Shown here in pieces: positions 16,646-27,100 of a stretch of 32,000 bases of DNA. The DNA lies in assembly GCF_001644705.1 (NCBI RefSeq), contig NZ_CP015137.1, positions 4,650,001 to 4,682,000 on the forward strand, written 5' to 3'. The notes under the pieces are model-generated. The model did not search any database and was not told the origin of the DNA. It saw nothing but the letters and a program-made list of their open reading frames with translations. The stretch is from Dickeya solani IPO 2222 (GTDB lineage: Bacteria; Pseudomonadota; Gammaproteobacteria; Enterobacterales; Enterobacteriaceae). The position numbers and the translations under genes are program-made. How positions within the stretch are numbered: position 1 is the stretch's first letter; each line of letters begins with the position of its first letter.

Positions 16646-16790
16646 AACGGGAATCTCCTCAAAGCAGACAACGCGTAAACGCTTCAAGGAGCTATTTTAT
16701 TCATCCCCCTTGGGGACAAACAAAAACGACCGCATAAGGGATAGGCGCACCGGTCGGACGGCGCAGCGCAAATACCGGAAATGTCGTGAG

Positions 16791-18173
16791 TTAATGAAAT
16801 ATTTCGATTCGGTTTCGGCCATTAGCCTTGGCCTGATATAACGCACTATCGGCCTTTTCAATCAGTTGTTGATAATCAGGGTGATTATCGAACTCGGCAA
16901 TGCCAGCGCTGATCGTCACCGAGAACGCTCGCTCCTCCGTTGCCCGAATATTCAACCCGGCGACCAATTGACGGATCGAATCAAAGATCATGGCCGCTTG
17001 CGGCGCCTGAGTTTCGACCAACAGCACCATAAACTCCTCACCGCCATAGCGAAAGACGTAATCGCTGCTCCGTACACTTTCGTATATTTTCGTCGAGATC
17101 GTCTTGAGTGTCAGATTGCCGGTTTCATGCCCGTAATTATCATTAATCTGTTTGAAATGATCGATATCAATCATGGCCAGAATAAACGGTTTGCCTGAAC
17201 TGATAGCCAGTGCGATTTCCCGCCGCATAATGGTCGGAATGAAGCGGCGATTGAGCAGATTCGTCAGCGGATCCTTACCATTTTCGAACTTGATCAGCTC
17301 ATCAAACATGGAACAGAGTATTGAATTAACCTGCCCAATTAACTGACGGACGTCGCGTAATAATTGGGTGCGTATTGCCGTATCTTCAACGTGGCGAGGA
17401 AATGTATCTCTCACCCGATTATCCACCTGTTGGATCAATGCCTCTAGTTTTCGCAATAAATCAGGCCCATTGAACAAATGCCGCCCTTTATGAAAAAACC
17501 ACAGACCAAATTCCGATTTTTCCAACAGGATAATCTCTTCAGACGGCAGCCCGGTCGCCACGTTATAAATAAACTGATTTTCCCAATTCATTAATGCGCC
17601 AAGCTGCCGCTCTCTTTCAACATTCACATCATCATAAATCGACAAAATGCGATAACGCTCCTGATCGCGCATCGCGCTTTTATAACCGGGAGAATACGCG
17701 GTGGTCATGGCCTCAATCGCGGTATCCATGACCAGACTGCTAAAACAGACCGCCTGATTAATAAGCGCGGCATCCAGGTTTTTTTTCCTGCTCAACAACC
17801 TGAACAGTTCATTTTTCAGCTTACGCGCGCCCCTGGCGACCAGGTCAGTCGGAATACCGATGCGCGAATGAATAACACCAACCTTCTGCTGTCGTTCCAT
17901 CAATGCAGATAACGACTCTTTGGCGCTGCCCAATACTGAACGCAGCCAGTGATACATACTTTCACTGAGTTGATCGGCGACTTGTTGGGTATTGAGATAA
18001 AGACTGGCCTTTTTATCCTGAAGCATATAGTCGTAAAACACGCTAACCAGCTGACGCAATTCTTCTTCACATAAATCGCGCAATAGTTCGTGAGCGTCAG
18101 AAGAAGTCAAATTAACAAGCTCTTGCCACTCAGCGAGCAGCAATTCACTATTATCACTTTGTTCAGTATGCAT
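16791..18173 (-). CDS. dosC: Globin-coupled sensor diguanylate cyclase (DosC/YddV-like)
   Basis: 460 aa from ATG 18173, the same length as E. coli DosC and collinear with it from memory. Globin FY and proximal His context (VGVIHSRIGIP). Middle domain (FGLWFFHKGRHLF). GGDEF domain with active site GGEEF and an I-site RSSD five residues upstream. Confidence 0.85.
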   Translation of the reverse strand: MHTEQSDNSELLLAEWQELVNLTSSDAHELLRDLCEEELRQLVSVFYDYMLQDKKASLYLNTQQVADQLSESMYHWLRSVLGSAKESLSALMERQQKVGVIHSRIGIPTDLVARGARKLKNELFRLLSRKKNLDAALINQAVCFSSLVMDTAIEAMTTAYSPGYKSAMRDQERYRILSIYDDVNVERERQLGALMNWENQFIYNVATGLPSEEIILLEKSEFGLWFFHKGRHLFNGPDLLRKLEALIQQVDNRVRDTFPRHVEDTAIRTQLLRDVRQLIGQVNSILCSMFDELIKFENGKDPLTNLLNRRFIPTIMRREIALAISSGKPFILAMIDIDHFKQINDNYGHETGNLTLKTISTKIYESVRSSDYVFRYGGEEFMVLLVETQAPQAAMIFDSIRQLVAGLNIRATEERAFSVTISAGIAEFDNHPDYQQLIEKADSALYQAKANGRNRIEIFH

Positions 18174-18424
18174 TATTAAATTAACAGTAAGTTGGTTTAA
18201 TTTCGTCCTACGACGTCGCCTGACAAACTCATGGCCCCCTGTTGACGCCACGGAGTGTACCCAACTTACCTCAATTTCCCAAATGTATTTCAGTGTCGAT
18301 ATATTATCAAAACTACTTATTCAGATAAAGTTTCGTTAAAAAGTCGCCATATTCCGGCAAAAAACGCCCTGAACAGGCGGCATCATCGCACAATCAATCA
18401 TACCGCCTTAACAATAACCACCAT

Positions 18425-20470
18425 TTACCCCACCAGTCCGCTCACCCGTAATACCCGCCGACCGACCGCTTCCGCCAGCACCGTACTGTGCTCTCCCACG
18501 CAGCCGAGGCTAAACGCGTGTTTGGCGCGGGTAATGCCGGTGTACACCAGTTCGCGGGTCAGGATTGGGCTTAAGGAATCCGGCAGCAGCAAGGCGGTAT
18601 GAGCGAACTCCGACCCCTGGGATTTGTGCACCGTCATGGCGAACACCGTTTCCACTGCGGATAATCGCCCCGGCAGCACCCAGCGAATGCCCGATGAACC
18701 ATCGCCGGCGGGAAACGCCACCCGGGTAACCCATATCCGAGAGCCGTCCGGCTGGAGCAGCGGTACCTGTAGGGTAATACCAATATCGCCGTTCATCAGC
18801 CGCTGGCTATAATCGTTACGGGTCACCATCACCGGCCGCCCCGGATACCAGCCCTGCCAGGCCGCCAGCAAGCCGTCCCGATACAGCAGATGGGCGATGC
18901 GCTCATTCATACTGTCGACGCCCCACGGTCCGTTACGCAACGCACACAACAGTTGGAACTGACCGAACGCGTCCAGAATCTGCGCCGCCCAGACGTCGAA
19001 CTCGCTTTGCGGCGCCGTCAGCGCCGGCCGTGTCGAGGCCATCCGTCTCAGGTAGTCGCCGTAGCCCACCGGCGCCACCGTGTGGGGCTGAGGTCCGAAT
19101 CGACCGGCGGCGCCGTCGACAACCCATTCACGCAGCACGCGGTTATCATTCGCCGTCAACGTCAGGTGCGCCAGGTCGGCATACCCCTGCCGCCAGACAG
19201 ACGCCAATGCCGCCGCATCGCCGGCATTCACCGCCTCCGCCAGTTGGCCGATGCCGCTGTGAGCGCCAAAGCGGTAGCTGTGACGCAGCATGGCGATGGA
19301 TTGATCCAGCGCGCTGCCTTGCGGGTCGAGCAGCGAATCGTCCGGCGCGTCCCCCGCCACCTCGCGTAGCCAGTCGCGGGTCTGCGGCAGGTAGTGCCCT
19401 TGTGCGGCGCGCTGGCACAGTTCGCCCATCAATGCGCCGGCTTCCACCGACGCCAGTTGATCCTTATCGCCCAGCAGAATCAAGCGGGACCGCGCCGGCA
19501 TCGCCGCCAGCAGCGCCGCCATCATCTCCAGATCCACCATCGACGCTTCATCCACCACCAGTACATCCAGCATCAGCGGGTTATCGGCGTGATGGCGGAA
19601 ATGCCGGGTATCCGGCCGGCTGCCCAGCAACCGGTGCAGGGTCACCACCTCGCTATTGATATGCTCCCGAATAACCTCGCCCTGCGCCAGCCCATCCAGC
19701 GTCAGGCCGGCAATGGCCCCGGCAATCGACTCGTTCAGGCGGGCCGCCGCCTTGCCGGTGGGCGCCGCCAGCCGGATACGCAACGGCTTGCCGTGCTGTT
19801 CCAGCGCCAGCGACTGCAACAGCGCCAGCAGTTTCACCACGGTGGTGGTTTTTCCGGTGCCCGGCCCGCCGGTGATGATGCTAAAGGCGCTGCCCGCCGC
19901 CAGCGCGCAGGCCAGTTTCTGCCAGTTGGCGGGGCCGGCCGCGGCGGCAGGAAACAGCGCATCCAGCCGCTGACGCAACGCCGCAGGCGCTATCGCCGCC
20001 CGCAGCACGTCGTTTTGTGTCAGTTGCTGCGTGATGGCGCGGCGCACATCCTGCTCGTATCGCCAGTAGCGGCGCAGATAAAGACGCGCGCCGACCAACA
20101 CCAGCGGCGTGCTGCCTTCCCCCGACGATACCAGTTGCGGCTGTTGCAACGCCGCCTGCCAGGCCGACAGGGTAACGCCCGCCAGCACCTCCGCCGGGCG
20201 CGCAATCTTCCGATTGTCACTGCGATCGCCTTCCGGCGGCAGCGCCAGCGAAAACCCGCTGTCGGCAAGCGTGGCGGCCAAATCGAGGCACACATGCCCG
20301 CGCCCAAGCTGATAGCTGACCAGCGCCGCGCCCAGCAGCAATAAGGGCGGCGCATCAGGGCATTCCTGATGCAGAAAGCGCACCAACGCCCGATCCAGCT
20401 CCCGCAGCCAGCCGCACTCAACCCACTGGTCCAGCAACCGGGTTAATTCGTCATGACGGGTCATGTTCAT
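18425..20470 (-). CDS. recD: Exodeoxyribonuclease V alpha subunit RecD
   Basis: 681 aa. SF1 helicase motifs GGPGTGKTTT, VVDEASMVD, LLGDKDQL, MTVHKSQGSEF. Start overlaps the recB stop (ATGA, 20467-20470). Confidence 0.9.
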   Translation of the reverse strand: MNMTRHDELTRLLDQWVECGWLRELDRALVRFLHQECPDAPPLLLLGAALVSYQLGRGHVCLDLAATLADSGFSLALPPEGDRSDNRKIARPAEVLAGVTLSAWQAALQQPQLVSSGEGSTPLVLVGARLYLRRYWRYEQDVRRAITQQLTQNDVLRAAIAPAALRQRLDALFPAAAAGPANWQKLACALAAGSAFSIITGGPGTGKTTTVVKLLALLQSLALEQHGKPLRIRLAAPTGKAAARLNESIAGAIAGLTLDGLAQGEVIREHINSEVVTLHRLLGSRPDTRHFRHHADNPLMLDVLVVDEASMVDLEMMAALLAAMPARSRLILLGDKDQLASVEAGALMGELCQRAAQGHYLPQTRDWLREVAGDAPDDSLLDPQGSALDQSIAMLRHSYRFGAHSGIGQLAEAVNAGDAAALASVWRQGYADLAHLTLTANDNRVLREWVVDGAAGRFGPQPHTVAPVGYGDYLRRMASTRPALTAPQSEFDVWAAQILDAFGQFQLLCALRNGPWGVDSMNERIAHLLYRDGLLAAWQGWYPGRPVMVTRNDYSQRLMNGDIGITLQVPLLQPDGSRIWVTRVAFPAGDGSSGIRWVLPGRLSAVETVFAMTVHKSQGSEFAHTALLLPDSLSPILTRELVYTGITRAKHAFSLGCVGEHSTVLAEAVGRRVLRVSGLVG

Positions 20471-23400
20471 GCCGTCGCCTCCGTTTCGCCGCTAAACAGG
20501 CGATCCAGCGCCTCAATCAGCGCCCGGTCCGGCCGTTGAGCGTACACGCCGCCGCCCGGCGCCTGACTGCCGCGCAGGAACAGGTATAACGCGCCGCCGA
20601 CGTGACGGTCGTAGTCGTAATCCGGCAGGCGGGATTTCAGCAAACGGTGCAGCGCAAACAGATACAGCGCCAGTTGCAGATCGTAACGGTGCTCCAGCAT
20701 GGCGCTCGCCATACGCGGTGGGTCATAGTCGGCGGCGTCCGCCCCCAACCAATTGGATTTGTAGTCCAGCACGTAGTAGCGCCCCTGATGTTCAAACACC
20801 AAATCGATAAACCCTTTCAACATGCCGTTAAGCTGTTCGCGCATCAGCGCCGCACGTGGTTCGCCCGCCAGCGTGGCGGCCCTGACCTGTTGATCCAATT
20901 CCTGCGTATCGACCTGACTGAGCGCAAACCAGAACTCCATTTCCACCTGATACTGCGTCAGCCCGGCCAGCGAGACCGCGCTGCCGGGTTGCGTCGGCAG
21001 TGCCAGCGGCTGACTGAGCAGCGCCATCAGCCAGTCAGTGAGCACCGGTATCCACTGCGTCCAGCCTTGTCGGTTACAGCGCCGCGCCACCTGATCCTCC
21101 ACCCTAGGCCTCTCCGCCGCCAGCGCGGCGAAGCCCTCTTTTCCGGCCCACTCCAGCAAGCCGTGCAGAAAACTGCCCGACGCCGCCCCGCGAGGAAAAC
21201 TGTACATATCAAGACCGGACGGCAACGGCGGCAAACGCTCCGCCGACGCCTGCGGTTCGCTAAAGGTTTCCTGCTGCGCGCTCTGTACTTCGGGTACGTC
21301 GCCCGCAGCAGGTTCACGAAACTCGCGGTAATGCCCTTCCGGCGCCAGCTGTAACCCGGAATAGCTGGTGATGCGCCAGCGGTGACTGCGCATATCCGGC
21401 AACGGCGGCTCCTGCCCCAACGCCGGCGTCTGCCGCTCGGCGCGATAGACATCGTCATCCGTCTCCGGCAGCGACGCAATCTGGCTGTCCGCGCCGCACC
21501 AGGTCGACAGCTGTTGCGCCAGCTGCGCCGGCTCCAGCGGCTCACCGGCGCCGAGCAGGTAACCGGGCGCGCTTTTCTCCAGCTCTTTCAACGGCGCCAT
21601 GCCAAGCCACATGGCGTAGCGGGCGCGGGTCAGCGCCACATAAAATTTACGCAGGTCCTCGCCCAGCCGCTCATGGTCGGCGCGCTGCACCGCCTCGTCG
21701 CTGGCAATCAGCTCAAGGCGCGGCTGCCCGTCATCATCATGAAATTTCAGCGGCACGTCCCGGTGGCTGACGGCGCGAAACGCGCAGGCAAACGGCAGAA
21801 ACACCAACGGGTACTCCAGCCCTTTGGACTTGTGGACGGTGACCACCTTCACCAGATCGGCATCGCTTTCCAGCCGCAATTTCAGGGTGTCGCCGCCGGG
21901 GTTATCCGCCTGGCACTGCTCCGCCAGATAGCGGATCAGCGCGTGCTCGCCGTCCAGATGCACGCTGGCCTGTTGCAGCAATTCCGCCAGGTGCAGCATA
22001 TCGGTCAGCGCGCGGGTATTATCGGCGGCCAGCAGCCGGCGCGGCACATCGAACTCCCACATTAGCCGCCGCAGCATCGGCAACACACCTTGCTGTTGCC
22101 AGCAGCGCTGGTAGCGGTCAAATTGCATCACCCGGCGTTCCCACTCCTGCTCGTCGTGGTTAAGGCGGTCAAGCGCCTGCCAGCTCAGCCCCAGCGAAGG
22201 GGTCGCCAGCGCGGCGCGCAACAACCGATCGTTCTCCGGGTCGGCGCAGGCCGCCAGCCAGCAGTGCAGTTCGCCGGCCTGTGGGCTGTCGAACACCGAC
22301 TCCCGATCCGACAGATATACGCTGCGCACGCCACGGGCGGACAGCTGCGCCCGCACCGCCATCGCCTCGCGCCCGGTATTGACCAGCACCGCCATGTCCC
22401 CCGGTCTGACCGGGCGCAGCAGCTGCCCCGGTACGGCAAAACCGGCCCGGCCTTGCCCGCCGAGTTGCAGCAGACGCACCATTTCGCGGGCGCAGCCGGC
22501 GGCCATGCGCTGACGGTATTCCGCCGACGACAGCGACGCATCCGTCGCCAGCGTCCAGCAGGTCAGCGCCGCGGCGTCAGCGCCATCCAGCACCCACGCC
22601 TCGTCACGACCGTTGGCCTGTACCGGCAAAAACGGCACCGGATTGCCGCCGTCAGGCTGACGAAACAGAAACGCGCCCGCGCCGTCGGCACGGTTTTCCG
22701 CTTGCATGAATACCTGATTGGCGGCGCCGACCATCGCCTGGGTGGATCGAAAGTTAGTACCCAGCGTGTAATGTCGCCCGTCGGTATCGCGGCGGGCGCG
22801 CAAATAGGTATAGATATCGGCGCCGCGAAACGCGTAAATCGCCTGTTTCGGGTCGCCGATCAGGATCAGCCCCTGCTGCGGGTCGTTGTCCGCCACCCGG
22901 TACAGGGTATCGAAAATGCGGTATTGCAGCGGATCGGTATCCTGAAACTCGTCGATCATCGCCACCGGGAACTGACGGCGAATACGCTGCGCCAGCCGCT
23001 CGCCGTTGTCGCCGCGCAACGCGGCATCCAGCCGGGTCAGCAGGTCCTGAAAGCCCATTTGCGCCCGGCTCTCCTGCTCGTGGCGAAAACGCTGGCTGAC
23101 CCAACGGCAGGCGTGCCGCAGCAACTGACTGCGCGGCTCCGGTAATTCGCTCAACTGCTGCGGCAACGTCTCCATCGCAGTCAGTGCCGGGTGTTGCGGC
23201 GCCTCTTCCGGCACTTTCCAGCATTCCCGCAGCCCTTGCGGGGTCAGCCGTGTCCAGCCGGTGCCGATATCCAGCGTCGTTTCATCGCTGGTGGCCCAGT
23301 GGTGCAGTTTGTCCAGCCACGGGTCGAAATAGCGGGCCTGTAGCTTGCGGCCGTCCGCCTTTTTCTGTGCCACCGCCGCGTTCAGCAGGTCACGCAACTC

Positions 23401-24141
23401 GCCGCACCACTGCGGCCAGGGCGCTTTCAGCGCGGTCAGCCGGCGCGTTTTTTCTTCGCGGACCGCGCTGAAAATCTGCGCGGGCAGGTCGTCGATACCA
23501 ATCTCATCGGCATACTCCAGCAACGCCGTCACGCTACGATAAAAGTTTTCCGGCGATGGCCAGCTCTCGCGCAACTCCAACACATCGCGGGCATCGAGCG
23601 GAAAAAAGAACGTCCGCCAGTAATCGCGCACCACCTCCAGCAGCACGTCGCTCTGGTCGGTCTCCAGCGTCTGGTTAAACAAGCTGCCGCTGTCAAAGGC
23701 GTGTTCGCCCAGCATCCGGTTACACCAGCTGTGGATGGTGGACACCGCCGCTTCGTCCATCCATTCGGCGGCCAGTTGCAATTTGCGCGCGCAGTCCGGC
23801 CACTGTTCCGGTGGATAGTCGGCGCGCAGTTCGCGCAGCAGCGGATCGACCGCTTCATCCTTGCCATCCGGCTGAAAGTAAGCGGCCGCCTGCGCCAGCC
23901 GGGCGCGAATACGGTCACGCAACTCGCGGGTGGCGGCATCGGTAAAGGTCACCACCAGAATGTCCGGCGGGTTGAGTGGGCGAGAGAACGCTAGCTCGCC
24001 GCCGTGCCCCAGCACCAGCCGCACATACAACATGGCAATGGTGAAGGTTTTGCCGGTGCCGGCGCTGGCTTCGATCAGGCGGCTGCCGGCGAGCGGAAAG
24101 CGCAGCACATCCAGCGGAGAAGGTAACGAATGCGCCGTCAT
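20467..24141 (-). CDS. recB: Exodeoxyribonuclease V beta subunit RecB
   Basis: 1224 aa. UvrD-like helicase (EASAGTGKTFT, MIDEFQDTDP, GDPKQAIYAFRGAD, VTVHKSKGLEYP) plus the C-terminal RecB nuclease motif (GFIDLVFEHQGRYYVLDYKSNWLG). Start overlaps the recC stop (ATGA, 24138-24141). Confidence 0.92.
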   Translation of the reverse strand: MTAHSLPSPLDVLRFPLAGSRLIEASAGTGKTFTIAMLYVRLVLGHGGELAFSRPLNPPDILVVTFTDAATRELRDRIRARLAQAAAYFQPDGKDEAVDPLLRELRADYPPEQWPDCARKLQLAAEWMDEAAVSTIHSWCNRMLGEHAFDSGSLFNQTLETDQSDVLLEVVRDYWRTFFFPLDARDVLELRESWPSPENFYRSVTALLEYADEIGIDDLPAQIFSAVREEKTRRLTALKAPWPQWCGELRDLLNAAVAQKKADGRKLQARYFDPWLDKLHHWATSDETTLDIGTGWTRLTPQGLRECWKVPEEAPQHPALTAMETLPQQLSELPEPRSQLLRHACRWVSQRFRHEQESRAQMGFQDLLTRLDAALRGDNGERLAQRIRRQFPVAMIDEFQDTDPLQYRIFDTLYRVADNDPQQGLILIGDPKQAIYAFRGADIYTYLRARRDTDGRHYTLGTNFRSTQAMVGAANQVFMQAENRADGAGAFLFRQPDGGNPVPFLPVQANGRDEAWVLDGADAAALTCWTLATDASLSSAEYRQRMAAGCAREMVRLLQLGGQGRAGFAVPGQLLRPVRPGDMAVLVNTGREAMAVRAQLSARGVRSVYLSDRESVFDSPQAGELHCWLAACADPENDRLLRAALATPSLGLSWQALDRLNHDEQEWERRVMQFDRYQRCWQQQGVLPMLRRLMWEFDVPRRLLAADNTRALTDMLHLAELLQQASVHLDGEHALIRYLAEQCQADNPGGDTLKLRLESDADLVKVVTVHKSKGLEYPLVFLPFACAFRAVSHRDVPLKFHDDDGQPRLELIASDEAVQRADHERLGEDLRKFYVALTRARYAMWLGMAPLKELEKSAPGYLLGAGEPLEPAQLAQQLSTWCGADSQIASLPETDDDVYRAERQTPALGQEPPLPDMRSHRWRITSYSGLQLAPEGHYREFREPAAGDVPEVQSAQQETFSEPQASAERLPPLPSGLDMYSFPRGAASGSFLHGLLEWAGKEGFAALAAERPRVEDQVARRCNRQGWTQWIPVLTDWLMALLSQPLALPTQPGSAVSLAGLTQYQVEMEFWFALSQVDTQELDQQVRAATLAGEPRAALMREQLNGMLKGFIDLVFEHQGRYYVLDYKSNWLGADAADYDPPRMASAMLEHRYDLQLALYLFALHRLLKSRLPDYDYDRHVGGALYLFLRGSQAPGGGVYAQRPDRALIEALDRLFSGETEATA

Positions 24142-27100
24142 GACTGGCCTCCTGATTTTTTATTTCTCGCCGACGCCGCTTTCAGCGTCAGGTACAGCGG
24201 CGCCAGCAGTTGCTGCGCCCAGCGAGCAAACTCGCCGTTGGCCCACAGGTGGTCGAACGTTGGGAAAGCGCGGGCCAGATAGGCGTTAGACGCCGATTCA
24301 GCAAACTTGCGGTTGGCCGGATCATGCTCCTCATAACACTGACGTGCCGCTTTACCCGCCTCGCCGTCCGGCGGTTGATCCGGTTCTCCGCCCGTCTCCA
24401 GCCAGCGAAATCCGGTTTTCACCGCCAGCGGCAGCGGGTGACGCATGCCTTCCCGCCAGGCATCCACCAACGCCTGCCAGTATGCTTTCGCCTGCTCAGG
24501 CTCCAGCGCCGGCAGGTGAACGGTGCCGTTCTTGCTGACCAGCGTGCTGTGCAACGGTTGCCCGCCAAGGTGCCCGGCCAGATGCGCCACCCAGAACGGC
24601 AATAGCTTGTCGAGGCGGTAGCTGCGCCGCATGGGATGAAGCAACCCGCCGCTTTCCAGCACTAAACGGCATCGGTTGCCCTGCCCGTCGGTGCGCAGCT
24701 CGTTCAGCCAGTCTTCCAGCGGGACATCGGGCAGCGACAGCGGTTCGTCAGGCAGCGCTTCAGGCCATTTTTCCTGTTCCTGCTCGTAACGGGTGAACAG
24801 ATCCGCCATCGGCTCCGCCAAATCCTGCTCCAGCACCGCGGTAAAGCCGCCCGGCGCCAGTTCGCCGCGCCGGGCGATGCGTGCCAGTTGCTCCGCCAGC
24901 GCCTGTTCGCGGGGGATGCGCTGGCGTAACGCCGCTTTCTGCACCTGGATCAGCTCATGTTGCAAGCGCCAATTTTCCAGCGCGTCGATAGCAAACGGCT
25001 CCTGATCCTGGCTGGTGGCGTCTTCCTGCTCGAACCAGACGTTAAGCCGCAGACGGAAGAAGCTGCGCACCGGGTCACGGACAACATCCGCCAGCTGGCG
25101 CAGCGTCAGCGCGCCGTCCTGCGGATACTCGTCCAGCGCGGCTTCCGTTGCCGGCGCGTTCTGCGGCAACAATCCATCTTGCGGCGACAGGCCGGCGCGC
25201 CATTCGCGGGCATAGCTGAACAACGGGCTGCCGGCGGTAAAATAATCCGGGCTGAATGGCTGCAACCGGTGCTCTACCGTCAGCGCCGACAACACTTCCT
25301 GCCCGTCGACGGTCCGCCAGCCGTTGCTTAGATGGTCGCGCAACTGCGCCACCAGCACCGAGGGCGGCCGCTCGCTGTTGTCGTGGATACTGCGCCCCAC
25401 CCAACTGATATATAAACGTTCACGCGCCGACAGCAGCGCCTCCAGAAACAGGTAGCGGTCGTCTTCGCGGCGGGAACGGTCGCCGGGACGGTAATCCTGC
25501 CCCATCAGGTCGAAGTCCAGCGGCACCCGGTTGCGGGGATAGTCGCCATCGTTCATGCCCAGCAGGCAGACGTGGCGAAACGGGATGGCGCGCATCGGCA
25601 TCAGGGTGGCGAAGGTGACGGCGCCGGCAAAAAACGGCTGGGTCAGGCTCGACTGCTCAAACAGTCCCAGCCAGTGTTCCCGCACCACCGACAGCGGCAA
25701 TGCCTGCTCCAGCGCCACCGACTCGCAGGCCTCCAGCCAGTTCTGCAACCCCTCGTCCAGTTGCAGCAGCATAAAGCCGTCCTCACCCTCATCCGCCGCA
25801 AAAAACGTGCTCAGCAGCGCGCGTAGCCGATCGCCCCACTGCACCGGCGTCGCGGGCTGACATAGCTGCTGCCAACTGTAATCCAGCCGGTCGAGCAGCA
25901 ACGCCAGTTGACCGGCCAGCACCGCATCCAGCCCGCCGATTTCATCCAGCGGCTCAATATCCCGCCAGGCGTCGCCGGCACCCACCGCGTAGCCCAGCAG
26001 CATACGCCGCAGGCCGAAAAACCAGCTGTTTTGTTCCGGCGCGTCGGGCAAGTCGAGACTCTGGCGCTGGCGGGCGTGCAGCCCCCAGCGCACGTTGGCG
26101 GCCCGAATCCAGCGTTGCAGCAGCGGCAACTGCTCTTCGGTGATGGCAAAACGCTGGCGTACCGACGGCACCTCCAGCAAATCCAGCACATCGCTGACCG
26201 CCACGCGCGACTGCGGTAAATTCAACAACCGCTCCAGCGCCGCCAGCAACAGGTTGTTCTGCCGCGGCCCGCGGTCCGCCACGCTGAACGGGATATAGCG
26301 CGGGTCCTGCCGGTCGATCAGCCCGAACACCGCCTGAATATGCGGCGCATAGCCGTTGATGTCCGGCACCATCACAATCACGTCGCGCGGGCGCAGCGTC
26401 GGGTCGGCGGCAAACGCCGCCAGCAGTTGGTCGTGCAGCACTTCCACTTCGCGCTGCGCGCTGTGAGCGACATGAAAACGGATCGAACGATCCTGATGCG
26501 GAACGATGACAGGCCAGCGCGCCCGGCTTTCCGCCAGCGGTCGCAAATCCAGGATATCGTCCTGTAACTGATGTAGCAGGCAGTCGTCGCCGTTGCTGAA
26601 AAACAGGTCGTTACGCTCAATCAGTGAGGAGTAATGCTCGCGCTGGTCGTATTCATCCAGCAGGCCGATGTAATCGCGCCCTTGTTTGCCCCAGGCTGCC
26701 AGCAGCGGATGAGCGTGCTGATGCAGCTCTTCCAGCGCGAGGACGTCCGGCATGCCGGGTTTGCGCCGCTGACGGGTGCGTTCGGCACGCAGCAGATCCT
26801 TGTCGGCGATAATATCGCCCCAGTAGTATTCGCACGGGTTATGCACGCACATAAACACCTGGGTCCAGCGGCCGATGGCCGCCAGCAGTTCCAGCGCCTG
26901 CTGCGGCAGCGATGAAATACCGAATATCATCACCCGGGACGGCAATCCCGCCGGCCGCTCGGCGTCGCCCCACCGTTGCACGTCGTCCAGAAAACGCCGG
27001 TGCAGCGCCGCACGGCTGGTGCCGGACAGCACCTCGCCGGTATCCCGCAGCAACGCCCGCCACAGCAAGGGTTGCCAACGCTGATCATCCGGCAACGGCT

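Noticed and set aside
10202-18251. N-terminal extensions in the ORF track: urea carboxylase 10202-10267, allophanate hydrolase 11997-12059, dbpA 13910-13981, yceI 16646-16687 and dosC 18174-18251.
   Set aside because: Internal starts have better RBSs and give N-termini or lengths matching known family members (MFNTVLIANRGE; DbpA 457 aa; DosC 460 aa). The extensions run into promoter or intergenic sequence.
7505-23145. Long ORFs antisense to annotated genes. Examples: 7505-8401 (+, 298 aa), 9311-10252 (+, 313 aa), 13094-13726 (+, 210 aa), 19394-20344 (+, 316 aa), 21382-22065 (+, 227 aa) and 22090-23145 (+, 351 aa).
   Set aside because: All lie fully inside strongly supported minus-strand genes (urea carboxylase, dbpA, recD, recB). 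Their translations are Arg/Gln/Pro/Ala-rich and low in complexity, with no motifs. Such shadow ORFs are expected opposite high-GC3 coding sequence.
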